Below, piece by piece: positions 1-8,674 of a DNA stretch of 38,690 nucleotides; the first letter of the stretch is position 1; every line of letters starts with the position of its first letter. A program made the position numbers and the translations under genes. The notes under the pieces are model-generated. The model saw nothing but the letters and a program-made list of their open reading frames with translations. It had not been told where the DNA came from and made no database searches. This DNA comes from an uncultured Candidatus Saccharibacteria bacterium (GTDB lineage Bacteria; Patescibacteriota; Saccharimonadia; Saccharimonadales; Saccharimonadaceae), in NCBI GenBank assembly GCA_964552895.1, contig CAZKIJ010000002.1, positions 1 through 38,690 on the forward strand, read 5' to 3'.

Positions 1-599
1 GTAAAAAATATCTCCGTCGCCTGCGCATCGACACCGTTTTTGGCATGCTATTCTCTAACGTGACGGCCTGGTTTGTAATCATTGTCGGCGCGGTTGTGTT
101 AAATAGTGGCGGTATCACCAATATTACATCGGCGGCTGATGCGGCCAGTGCGTTGGAACCGCTCGTTAAAGGCTTTCCGAATGCCGGCTTTATTGCCGAA
201 CTGATCTTTACAGTAGGGATTGTCGGGGTAGGATTGATGAGCATACCCGTATTAGCCGGTTCATCATCTTATGCTATCTCAGAAACGTTTAACTGGCGCG
301 AGGGTTTGTTCCGCCGTTTTAAACAAGCTCGACAATTTTATCTTGTGATCATTGTTGGTACTCTCCTTGGGTTGCTCATGAACTTTACTGGTCTCGATCC
401 AATCAAAACACTCGTCTTGTCGGCTGTCTTTAATGGTATTGTCGCCGTGCCACTGATTTACATTATCTTACGCGTTGTAAAGAGCGAGAACATCATGGGT
501 GAATATAAAGCACACTTTTGGTCAAAGTTTGGCCTATGGCTGACATTCTTGGTCATGTTAGCTGCCGCAATCATTTTGTTGCTCTCTTTCGTCATGTAG
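1..599 (+). CDS. Nramp/MntH-family divalent-metal transporter, C-terminal portion (5' end outside window)
   Basis: The frame stays open to nt 3 (KKYLRRLRIDTVFG precedes the first Met of the ORF track). Several hydrophobic helices. PVLAGSSSYAISETFNWREGL and following segments match my memory of the C-terminal half of Nramp-type transporters. Confidence 0.65.
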   Translation, partial: KKYLRRLRIDTVFGMLFSNVTAWFVIIVGAVVLNSGGITNITSAADAASALEPLVKGFPNAGFIAELIFTVGIVGVGLMSIPVLAGSSSYAISETFNWREGLFRRFKQARQFYLVIIVGTLLGLLMNFTGLDPIKTLVLSAVFNGIVAVPLIYIILRVVKSENIMGEYKAHFWSKFGLWLTFLVMLAAAIILLLSFVM

Positions 600-603
600 C
601 CTA

Positions 604-632
604 TTGACGCTTACGTATATACTGGGTATATA
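604..632 (+). promoter_or_regulatory. candidate sigma70-type promoter (TTGACG-17-TATATA)
   Basis: TTGACG at 604-609, 17-nt spacer, TATATA at 627-632, directly after the Nramp stop. It would give a ~300-nt leader ahead of the 936 ORF. Confidence 0.35.
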
Positions 633-809
633 CTATAGATAGTCATGTTCGTACTATCTGCGAGGGTTTTTCACGGACAGGCTTATACACACTCTCCATA
701 GTCACTCTATGGGTTTAGAAGCCACCAACGGTGCATGCACACTCAGGCAAAATAAGTTTCTGAAGCGCCCCTGCAGCCGTCACAATTCTACGTGATATTT
801 GGTCAATAG

Positions 810-837
810 AGTTCTACGTAACGGTAGAGAACTTTTT
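810..837 (+). terminator. terminator-like hairpin inside the 600-935 leader
   Basis: AGTTCTAC-gtaacg-GT(AG)AGAACT stem followed by TTTTT. It lies ~100 nt upstream of the next start codon. Confidence 0.35.
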
Positions 838-935
838 CCCAAATCACTCCTTATAAAATCCGTTGCTGAATCTGTCAAAGGAATCGGCGTTTTTGCGTTC
901 TACGCATCAATCAATCTATATAAGGGAGAATTGCT

Positions 936-1190
936 ATGAAAAACAACACTATCATTAACGAATCAGTCGCGGTCACGGTTATGGGCTTCAAGAAGAACTT
1001 GTCGCCATACCCACGTCGTATGGAGTTTCGTGGCGTCGTCTACAACTTCCTCGATGCTGGCTTACGTTGCTTAGTTCGTAAAGGCAGCCACATGACGGAA
1101 GTCTTAACGATGACTGATGGCCGCGCTTACTTCCACATGCGCAGCGACAATCATGGCGGCAGCTGGACACTGGTAAATATTGAGTCGTAG
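936..1190 (+). CDS. hypothetical small protein (84 aa)
   Basis: ATG preceded by AAGGGAGA with a 6-nt spacer. Followed by a strong bidirectional terminator. No family recognised. Confidence 0.55.
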   Translation: MKNNTIINESVAVTVMGFKKNLSPYPRRMEFRGVVYNFLDAGLRCLVRKGSHMTEVLTMTDGRAYFHMRSDNHGGSWTLVNIES

Positions 1191-1220
1191 GCTCCGTTTT
1201 GATCCTCTTCTCACCACCGT

Positions 1221-1266
1221 GAATAAAAAAGAATCTTGGTATACGCCAGGAATCTTTTTTTTATTC
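1221..1266. terminator. bidirectional intrinsic terminator
   Basis: GAATAAAAAAGAATCTTGG-tatacg-CCAGGAATCTTTTTTTTATTC: long stem flanked by A-run and T-run, between convergent genes 936-1190 (+) and greA (-). Confidence 0.7.
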
Positions 1267-1360
1267 AGCGTCCGTCTATTGGCAAAAAAGAAAGCCAGGA
1301 CGGAGATACGAAAATATCCCTTACAGGTGCAAGGGATATTCCGTTTGTGGGCGAGGCGCT

Positions 1361-1861
1361 TTATGACACGCGAACGAGACGAGCTTGGTTAATACTTAGG
1401 CCTGCACTCCATTCAACGATGTCCTTAACAGTCTTACCGATGAGATTTTGACCGAGTGGGCTCGAAACAGAGATACGACCGTCGCTCGGGTTAGCTTCGA
1501 TTGACTCAACCAGTGTGTAGCGGAACAGACGTCCCTGCTGATCTATTAGGTCGACAACCGAACCAATGGCGACCTTGAGTCGTGCACGGTGGCTTGGTAA
1601 TATCTTAGCGTTTGTCAAAGTGGTGTGCTTGTCGGCTAACTCATTTTCAACAGCTTCGAGTTGAGCCAAGCGTTCGATCCGGTCCAGACGGTCGTCATGG
1701 CTGGTCGATTTGCTTAGGTCACGGAGACCTTTGAGAATCATTTGGCGATCGTGCTCCAGTTGGGCGACTGCTTTGCGCAGTTCTTTCATGCCTTTCTTGC
1801 TTAGCAAGATCGTTTTTCCTTTTATATTCTCTTTTGTGTTACCAGTGATGGTGGTGTTCAT
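1361..1861 (-). CDS. greA: transcription elongation factor GreA family
   Basis: N-terminal coiled-coil region plus C-terminal SSPLGQNLIGKTVKD motif typical of GreA/GreB. RBS AAGGAGGGAG upstream. Confidence 0.85.
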   Translation of the reverse strand: MNTTITGNTKENIKGKTILLSKKGMKELRKAVAQLEHDRQMILKGLRDLSKSTSHDDRLDRIERLAQLEAVENELADKHTTLTNAKILPSHRARLKVAIGSVVDLIDQQGRLFRYTLVESIEANPSDGRISVSSPLGQNLIGKTVKDIVEWSAGLSINQARLVRVS

Positions 1862-2061
1862 AGAATGTTCACTCCCTCCTTGCGTATCGGTCTCTTACTG
1901 AAGACACGACACTGTTTTATGTTGTCGTAGCTTGTTTGGTGTGACGTGCTACTGTATTAACTATTATACAAAAGGCTGAAATGTTTCTGAAACACCTACC
2001 CTTAACGTGTTGTAAATTTTCCATCTTTAAAGTGATAGCTTTTACTCTTTTTGGTCTGGTC

Positions 2062-3042
2062 TTAAATAATTTTTTGTTGAAGATAGCGAAATTCCGTCAC
2101 TTCATTAGGGGCGCTAGTGGCGGTAATCTCACCATTGTGCAATTCGGCAATTTGTTTTGCGATTGATAAACCGAGACCAAACCCCTTATGTTCGCCACTC
2201 GTTCGGGATGAGTCAGACCGGTAAAAACGGTCGAAAATGTGATTCAACGCCTCAGCCTCAATGCCACATCCTTCATTGCTCACAGAGAAAAACGCTTGAT
2301 TGTTTTTGGTCGACCCCACTTGGACAACCACAGTTGTGTCTTCAGGACTATATTTTAACGCGTTATCAATCAGTACCGTCATTAGTTCAATCAAGCTTGT
2401 CTCGTTAGCGAGTACTTTGATTGTGCGGCCAGATAAGGCCAAGCGTTTATGCGGTTGCTTAAAGCGGTTGACCGCCTCTGTGGCAACGACGTTCAGATCA
2501 AGCGCTTGCTTATGTAACTTTTTATGATCCATCCGTGACATCGCTAAAAGCATTTCTGACATGCGGGAAAGACTATCAACTTCTTCAAGGTTACTCCGTA
2601 GGATGTGCCGTAGTTCTTCTTTGCTCAAATTGGCATCGCGAATAGTCACTTCCAGCTCGCTCTTCATAACAGCCAGGGGTGTCCGTAATTCATGGCTGGC
2701 GTCACTCACAAACCGTGCTTGGGCTTCGTGAGCTTCTTGAACGGGCCGTAGCGTGCGTCGCGCCAACACGTAACTAATGCCACTGCCAACAATCAATATA
2801 ACGACATTGATGTACGTTAATTGAACAGAAAACGTATTGGCTGCTTGACGATTTTCGGCTGTACGGAAACGTCCCGTTGCGTCAACAGACGTCTGAAATT
2901 GAACCGCCGTTCCATAATGTGCAAGCCGTGCATTGACTTCACTGAGACTAATTTGATATATGGCAATACTAAATAGGATACTGATAGTCATCAAGATCCC
3001 AACGTACCAGGCGGTCAATTTTAACGTTGCCGACCGGAACAC
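2062..3042 (-). CDS. sensor histidine kinase (2 TM, HisKA + HATPase_c)
   Basis: H-box SHELRTPLA, N-box IDNALKYS, G-boxes GCGIE and GFGLGLSIA. Starts 4 nt after the response-regulator stop. Confidence 0.9.
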   Translation of the reverse strand: MFRSATLKLTAWYVGILMTISILFSIAIYQISLSEVNARLAHYGTAVQFQTSVDATGRFRTAENRQAANTFSVQLTYINVVILIVGSGISYVLARRTLRPVQEAHEAQARFVSDASHELRTPLAVMKSELEVTIRDANLSKEELRHILRSNLEEVDSLSRMSEMLLAMSRMDHKKLHKQALDLNVVATEAVNRFKQPHKRLALSGRTIKVLANETSLIELMTVLIDNALKYSPEDTTVVVQVGSTKNNQAFFSVSNEGCGIEAEALNHIFDRFYRSDSSRTSGEHKGFGLGLSIAKQIAELHNGEITATSAPNEVTEFRYLQQKII

Positions 3043-3046
3043 AGAA

Positions 3047-3721
3047 CTATTTTGCCTCTAATTTGTAGCCAAAGCCCCGAACAGTATGAATAAGCGGTGT
3101 TTTGAACGGTGCATCAACTTTGTTGCGTAAATACTTAATGTACACTTCAACAGTATTTGGAAGAATATCCGCGTCGTAATCCCAGACATGACTAATAATG
3201 ACATCTTTATTTAATGGACGACCCGGATTACGAAGCAAGAACTCCAATAAAGCGAATTCCTTACTTGTCAGAGAGATGAGAGTGTCACCCCGTTTTACCT
3301 CGTACGTAATGGTATTTAAGGTTAAGTCACCAATGCTAAGAATTGTTGCCTGTTGCTCAGTCGGACGACGCAATAAGGCACGGACACGAGCCAATAATTC
3401 TTCGAGGGCAAACGGCTTAGCGAGGTAATCATCGGCACCAGCATCGAGACCGCTCGTACGTTCGCTGACACTCCCTAACGCGCTGAGTAATAACACCGGG
3501 GTATGCACGTGCGCATCACGCATAGCTTTCACAACTCCAACACCGTCGTATTCGCCGGGAATCATTCGGTCGATAATAGCCACGTCATAAGGCTCGGTCG
3601 TTGCCATTGCAAAGCCGCTATCGCCATCATAACAAACATCAACAGCGTAATTTTCCTGTTCCAAAGCTTTCTTTAATGCACGTGCAATTTTATGCTCATC
3701 TTCAATAACCAAAACTCTCAT
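3047..3721 (-). CDS. OmpR/PhoB-family response regulator
   Basis: Receiver domain (MRVLVIEDE, phospho-acceptor region DVAIIDRMIPG, KPF) plus C-terminal winged helix (TSKEFALLEFLLRNPGR, VRGFGYKL). Confidence 0.92.
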   Translation of the reverse strand: MRVLVIEDEHKIARALKKALEQENYAVDVCYDGDSGFAMATTEPYDVAIIDRMIPGEYDGVGVVKAMRDAHVHTPVLLLSALGSVSERTSGLDAGADDYLAKPFALEELLARVRALLRRPTEQQATILSIGDLTLNTITYEVKRGDTLISLTSKEFALLEFLLRNPGRPLNKDVIISHVWDYDADILPNTVEVYIKYLRNKVDAPFKTPLIHTVRGFGYKLEAK

Positions 3722-3762
3722 ACTTTATATCCTATTCCTCTCTGCTGACAGATGCCTTAATT

Positions 3763-4101
3763 TTAAAGTTGTGTGGAAACTTGTATAGCGTATTTGTCGC
3801 TCCACGCTTGCATGCTTTGGAGAACGGGAAGGAGGTCATTGCCTTTTTTCGTTAAGCGATACTCACAGCGACTACTCGATGGGGTCGTCAACTTGACAAT
3901 AATGCCATCCTGTTCCAAGCGATCGAGACGAGCGGAAAGCGTGCGCGGATTAATCCCCTCGACAAAGTCTTGCAGATTACAAAAACGAACATTCTTTTCG
4001 TTTGCAAAATAGCGCAACAATAACGGTGTCCATTTATCACCGAGAATATGCGTTGCTGCGTCTACACAGCCGACATTTTCACTGATAGGTACTTGTTCCA
4101 T
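3763..4101 (-). CDS. HxlR-family winged-helix transcriptional regulator
   Basis: GDKWTPLLLRYF... NPRTLSARLDRLEQDGII pattern typical of HxlR/MarR-like small regulators. RBS AAAGAGGA. Confidence 0.8.
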   Translation of the reverse strand: MEQVPISENVGCVDAATHILGDKWTPLLLRYFANEKNVRFCNLQDFVEGINPRTLSARLDRLEQDGIIVKLTTPSSSRCEYRLTKKGNDLLPVLQSMQAWSDKYAIQVSTQL

Positions 4102-4182
4102 GTCCTCTTTAGTATAGGAGGTATCCTTTATTTTGTCAAAATTATGACATCTTTTTATCAGCTTATTTTCATATAGTCAGTA

Positions 4183-4197
4183 TGGTATAATGCGACT
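4183..4197 (+). promoter_or_regulatory. extended -10 promoter (TGGTATAAT) for a leaderless transcript
   Basis: TATAAT at 4186-4191 preceded by TGg. Only 6 nt (gcgact) separate it from ATG 4198, and there is no SD sequence. Confidence 0.5.
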
Positions 4198-5304
4198 ATG
4201 AAACCACCTATCAATATTGATACTCGTACCTTTGTTCGATTTTGGCTCGTTGTAATTGGTTTTATTGTTGCCGCACTGGCGATCTATTTTGCACGCAGCG
4301 CACTGGTTATTTTAGGGTCTGCTCTTTTTTTGGCACTCGCCTTAAATGTGCCCGTCTCGGCGATTGCCCGCCGCTTACCTGGTCGTAGCCGAGTGGCCGC
4401 AACGGCGATTTCATATGTTGCCGTCGTGTTGGTCTTGGGTGCTGTTCTCGTTTTGGTTGTACCGCCTATTGTCCAACAAACCGCGAAGCTTATTCAAAAT
4501 GTGCCAAGCTTTATCGACAATGCGAGCGGTCAATGGAATGGTGCGAAAGACTTAGTGAAACAGTATAACTTGCAACCGCAGGTTGACAGTGCCGTGAATT
4601 CAATCAAGAATAACACGGCCAGTTGGGCGGGAAACGTTGGCCAGACAGTAATTGGTGGTATCGGTTCAATCTTTGTATTCATTGCTTCGGCCTTCTTAGT
4701 ATTGGTGCTTACGTTTTTGATGTTGATCGAGGGACCATCATGGCTGCAACGACTATGGGGACTGTACCATAACAAAAACCGTATGCAGACACACAAACGT
4801 GTACTCTCAAAAATGTATGAAGTCGTGTCTGGATACGTCATCGGCCAGTTGGTCACCGCACTGATCGGTGCAGTAACTGCTGGTATCGTAGTGGCCGTTA
4901 TAGGGATCGTCGTCCCGCAAGTTTCGATCAGTTTGGCACTACCTGCTGCTGCAACCGTCTTTGTTTTTTCACTTATCCCAATGTTTGGATCAACCATCTC
5001 GGCGGTATTAGTAACGATATTGATAGCATTAAATAGTATCCCTGGGGCGATCGCTTACCTTATATTTGTCGTTATTTATATTCAGATCGAAGGTAATGTA
5101 ATTTCGCCTCGTATCCAGTCGCGAAAACTTGATTTGACTGCTTTAGCGGTATTAGCGGCATTAACTGTCGGATTGTACCTTTTCGGTTTAGTTGGTGGTA
5201 TCATTGCTATTCCTATCGCTGGCTGTATCCGCGTCTTACTCGAGCAGTATCTAGAGAGTCACGAAGACAAGAAGTTACCTGAACCAAAACACCCACTTCT
5301 TTAG
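4198..5304 (+). CDS. AI-2E family transporter (PerM/UPF0118)
   Basis: About 8 TM helices with the characteristic long loop after TM3 and overall PerM-like layout. Its stop overlaps the convergent cysS stop. Confidence 0.75.
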   Translation: MKPPINIDTRTFVRFWLVVIGFIVAALAIYFARSALVILGSALFLALALNVPVSAIARRLPGRSRVAATAISYVAVVLVLGAVLVLVVPPIVQQTAKLIQNVPSFIDNASGQWNGAKDLVKQYNLQPQVDSAVNSIKNNTASWAGNVGQTVIGGIGSIFVFIASAFLVLVLTFLMLIEGPSWLQRLWGLYHNKNRMQTHKRVLSKMYEVVSGYVIGQLVTALIGAVTAGIVVAVIGIVVPQVSISLALPAAATVFVFSLIPMFGSTISAVLVTILIALNSIPGAIAYLIFVVIYIQIEGNVISPRIQSRKLDLTALAVLAALTVGLYLFGLVGGIIAIPIAGCIRVLLEQYLESHEDKKLPEPKHPLL

Positions 5305-6746
5305 GAACGTTCCCAAATTGTACCGTGTGACGTATCACGGAGAGTAAGACCACGATGTTGAATCTGGTCACGAAGTGTGTCAGATGCGGTCCAGTCTTTT
5401 TGTTCACGGACACGTTCCCGTTGGATGATAAGCTGTTTGATCTCATCATCGATGTCTGGTGTCGATTCAGTCAGCTGCAGACCCAACGTCTCGTCAATCG
5501 TTTCGAGTAATGCGATGAAACTGTGACGATTGATGGTATCGATGTTTTGAGTCCCCTCAATATGTGAAAAAGCCTCGTCAATAATGCTCAATGCTTGTGG
5601 TGTATTAAGATCGTCGTTCAGAGCTTCAATCACCCGCTGAGACATAGGGTACAATGACAGTGTTTTATCTTCGTCGTGCTCCACGGTGTCGTGAATTTGG
5701 TGGCGTAATTCGGCAATGTGGCGCCAGTTGGCGAGACGTCGTTGTGCTGCTTCGAGGTTCTCAAAAGTAAAATTACCTTCGCTACGGTAATGGCTCTGCA
5801 ACACAAACATGCGAAAATCAAGAGCGCTGTAACCTTTTTTAGCAAGGTCATTAAGAGTGTAGCCATTATTAAGGGATTTACTGATTTTGGTACCGTTTAC
5901 TTTTAAATGATCGTTATGAAGCCAAAAGTTGGCAAATTTCTTGCCAGTCGCAGCCTCAGACTGCGCAATTTCGTTCGTATGGTGAACCGGAATATGGTCA
6001 ATACCACCAGTATGAATATCAAAGGTCTCACCCAATAATGACATCGCCATCGCGCTACATTCCAAATGCCATCCCGGGAAGCCCATAACGCCCGATTCAC
6101 CATCAAGTAAACTAGCGGGTGTTTCCCATTCCATGTCACGTTTTTCATCAGCGGGACTGAACTTCCAGAGTGCAAAATCACTCGGATGGTGCTTTTGGGG
6201 ATTGTATTCAACTCGAGCGCCAGCTTTTTGCGCCGCTAGATCAAGGCCGGCAAACGAGCCGTAAGTCGGAAACTTCATGGTATCGAAATAGATACCGTCA
6301 TCGATGCGATACGTAAAGCCTTTTTCTTTAAGTTTTTGGACTAAATCGAGTTGTTCCTGAATGTAATCGGTCGCTTTCGTCATAGACGTCGGCGGGATGA
6401 GTCCGAGATCATTCATACCATGTAAAAAATCGTCGGTATAAAATTCAGCAACTTCCCATGCAGTCTTGTGTTCACGCCGCGCACCCTTCTCGAGCTTATC
6501 CTCTCCCTCGTCTGCATCACTGGTTAAATGACCAACGTCGGTGATATTCATGACACGATTCACCTTGAGGTCATTTGCCAAAAGAGTTCGTATCAAAATA
6601 TCCCAGTAAATGTATGCCGTCCAGTTACCGACATGGAGAAAGTTGTATACGGTTGGGCCACAGGTATAAAGAGTGACGTGTCCAGGGACGAGCGGCTGAA
6701 AGACATCAACTTTTTTGGTCAATTGGTTATGAAGCTTGATAGTCAT
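5301..6746 (-). CDS. cysS: cysteine--tRNA ligase
   Basis: HIGH-type motif (LHVGN), KISKS (KMSKS motif), Zn ligand positions (TCGPTVY, WHLECSAM, HTGGIDHIPVHHTNE). Length 481 aa. Confidence 0.95.
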   Translation of the reverse strand: MTIKLHNQLTKKVDVFQPLVPGHVTLYTCGPTVYNFLHVGNWTAYIYWDILIRTLLANDLKVNRVMNITDVGHLTSDADEGEDKLEKGARREHKTAWEVAEFYTDDFLHGMNDLGLIPPTSMTKATDYIQEQLDLVQKLKEKGFTYRIDDGIYFDTMKFPTYGSFAGLDLAAQKAGARVEYNPQKHHPSDFALWKFSPADEKRDMEWETPASLLDGESGVMGFPGWHLECSAMAMSLLGETFDIHTGGIDHIPVHHTNEIAQSEAATGKKFANFWLHNDHLKVNGTKISKSLNNGYTLNDLAKKGYSALDFRMFVLQSHYRSEGNFTFENLEAAQRRLANWRHIAELRHQIHDTVEHDEDKTLSLYPMSQRVIEALNDDLNTPQALSIIDEAFSHIEGTQNIDTINRHSFIALLETIDETLGLQLTESTPDIDDEIKQLIIQRERVREQKDWTASDTLRDQIQHRGLTLRDTSHGTIWERS

Positions 6747-7713
6747 GGAGTGCCTTATTTGTTGCGGTAAGTAATTCTGACATTATTTTGTCATACTCTT
6801 CGTAAACACGAAAGCCAGAAGCATAGGGGTGACCACCACCACCAAAGAATCCAGCGACTTGCTCGGCAATAGGAATGTTGGCTCGTAATTTCCCTGTCAA
6901 CTTTCCGTCGGGGTAGGTTTTAATTGCGACGGCTAACTCGACTCCCTCTACGAGACGCATTTCATCGAGGACTAAGACACTTGGATTATACAGGTCGCTA
7001 TAACGTTCTATCTCATCCCATGGAATATGGATGACCGCTAGCTTTCCATCGAGGAAGTATTCGATACGTTCGATCAAGCGGCCTTTATACTCGAGGATTT
7101 CGGCTGGTTTTTTCATAAATTCACGTCGACGTGACTCTACTTGATGATTATGCGCTTCTAACTCGTCTAAATCAGCAACGATTCGGTAGGTTTGTGGGGT
7201 AACAGCCTGGGTTGTTAAACCAAGACTATCGCTCATAATGGCGATTAACATATTTTCAGCGGCTTGTTGGGTAATGATCCAGTTGTTCTGCTTCGCGAGT
7301 TTATAAATAATTTCACTTGTTGCAACCGCGTCTTCGGCCAGCATCGTATGTTCAAACGACAACGTGGATGGCGTCGTGTGGTGATCGATCACTAAAACGG
7401 GGTGAGTTTCAAGAAAGTGCCGTACGCCAGGTATGTCCAACACTTTACCAAGTAACACGTCGGCTGCCGTGTCCACGATAATTGCCGCATCAGCAGTGGT
7501 ATCGAAATCCGGGCTGACTCTGTCCCAGCCGTTGATATAACGAAGATATTTTGGGATATCGACTGGGCAATGAAGGCGAACATCTTTGCCCAATTCGCCG
7601 AGCACTTCTTCGAGCGCCAGAGCCGACCCTAGTGAATCACCGTCGGGATTTTCGGCTTGAATGATAACGATTTTTTGTGCGTCATTGATAAAATGTGTCG
7701 CGTGGTCAAACAT
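6727..7713 (-). CDS. DHH/DHHA1 family phosphoesterase (NrnA-like oligoribonuclease/pAp phosphatase)
   Basis: Motifs PDGDSLGS, IIVDT, DHH, GGGGHPYASG. Overlaps the cysS start by 20 nt. Confidence 0.8.
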   Translation of the reverse strand: MFDHATHFINDAQKIVIIQAENPDGDSLGSALALEEVLGELGKDVRLHCPVDIPKYLRYINGWDRVSPDFDTTADAAIIVDTAADVLLGKVLDIPGVRHFLETHPVLVIDHHTTPSTLSFEHTMLAEDAVATSEIIYKLAKQNNWIITQQAAENMLIAIMSDSLGLTTQAVTPQTYRIVADLDELEAHNHQVESRRREFMKKPAEILEYKGRLIERIEYFLDGKLAVIHIPWDEIERYSDLYNPSVLVLDEMRLVEGVELAVAIKTYPDGKLTGKLRANIPIAEQVAGFFGGGGHPYASGFRVYEEYDKIMSELLTATNKALHDYQAS

Positions 7714-7731
7714 GAGGTCTATTGTAACAGA

Positions 7732-8346
7732 TTACAAGAGACGCCGCCCTTCGAGAGCATGACTAAGAGTGATTTGATCAGCGTACTCGAGATCAACACC
7801 GACAGGGATACCGCGAGCTAAGCGGCTCAAGATAAGCTCGATACCCGCCTCTTTGATGGCTCGCTGCAAGAAGAGTGCAGTCGACTCTCCTTCCACGCTT
7901 GCATTAGTGGCGATGATGACTTCTTTCACTTCATCTTTTTTCAAGCGTTCGATGAGTTCAGGGATATAGAGCTGTTCGGGACCAACGCCGTCAATAGGGC
8001 TGATTGCGCCGCCTAACACATGATAGGTGCCTTTAAATTGGCCCGTTCGCTCCAAAGCAACGATATCCAAGGGCTCTTCAACAACGGCGACAAGGCTTCT
8101 ATCGCGCTCGGGGTCACTATAGAGTGGCGATACGTCCTCTAACGCGTCAATTAAAGCAAAGGTCACCGGACAAGTTTTTACCTGTGAATGGATATCACGG
8201 ATAGCGGTCGATAGGCCGATGTTCGTCGACTCGCGCGCCCGTAATAAAAAGTAGGCGTAGCGCTCTGCTGTGCGCACACCCACGCCTGGTAATTGACCAA
8301 GTTCATCAATGAGCTTTTCAAGAGCTGCTGGCAGCAAGCGGGCCAT
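7732..8346 (-). CDS. recR: recombination protein RecR (Cys4 zinc finger degenerate)
   Basis: HhH (LPGVGVRTAERYAYFLL), Toprim (VVEEPLDIVALERTGQFKGTYHVLGG; ATNASVEGESTA), C-terminal GIPVG..LEYAD. Only one Cys remains in the finger region. Confidence 0.9.
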   Translation of the reverse strand: MARLLPAALEKLIDELGQLPGVGVRTAERYAYFLLRARESTNIGLSTAIRDIHSQVKTCPVTFALIDALEDVSPLYSDPERDRSLVAVVEEPLDIVALERTGQFKGTYHVLGGAISPIDGVGPEQLYIPELIERLKKDEVKEVIIATNASVEGESTALFLQRAIKEAGIELILSRLARGIPVGVDLEYADQITLSHALEGRRLL

Positions 8347-8640
8347 CTATAATCCGAGGTTGCCGAGGCCACCCATCAGCGGTTTCATTTTTTCAGCGGC
8401 AATTTCTTGAGCCTTTGCCAACCCATCACGCACGGCAATCTCTAGCCAGTGTTCCAGTTCGCCAATATCATCCAGGTCAACTTGCGCTGGGTTGATGGTA
8501 ATTTTTTTAATCTTTAATTCACCAGTTACTTGTACGATGACGGCACCATCACCGGCTTCGACTTCGATAATCTCTTTTTTTAGATCATTCTGTGCTTTAC
8601 GCAACTGATTTAACATTTTCATTTGGTCAAATGCGGCCAT
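8347..8640 (-). CDS. ybaB: YbaB/EbfC nucleoid-associated protein
   Basis: 97 aa, MLNQLRKAQ..., GDGAV.V.V.G...I..I.I.P pattern. Its stop abuts the recR ATG. Confidence 0.85.
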   Translation of the reverse strand: MAAFDQMKMLNQLRKAQNDLKKEIIEVEAGDGAVIVQVTGELKIKKITINPAQVDLDDIGELEHWLEIAVRDGLAKAQEIAAEKMKPLMGGLGNLGL

Positions 8641-8674
8641 ATGCTGTCTCCCTTTTAACTATCTCTATTATATG

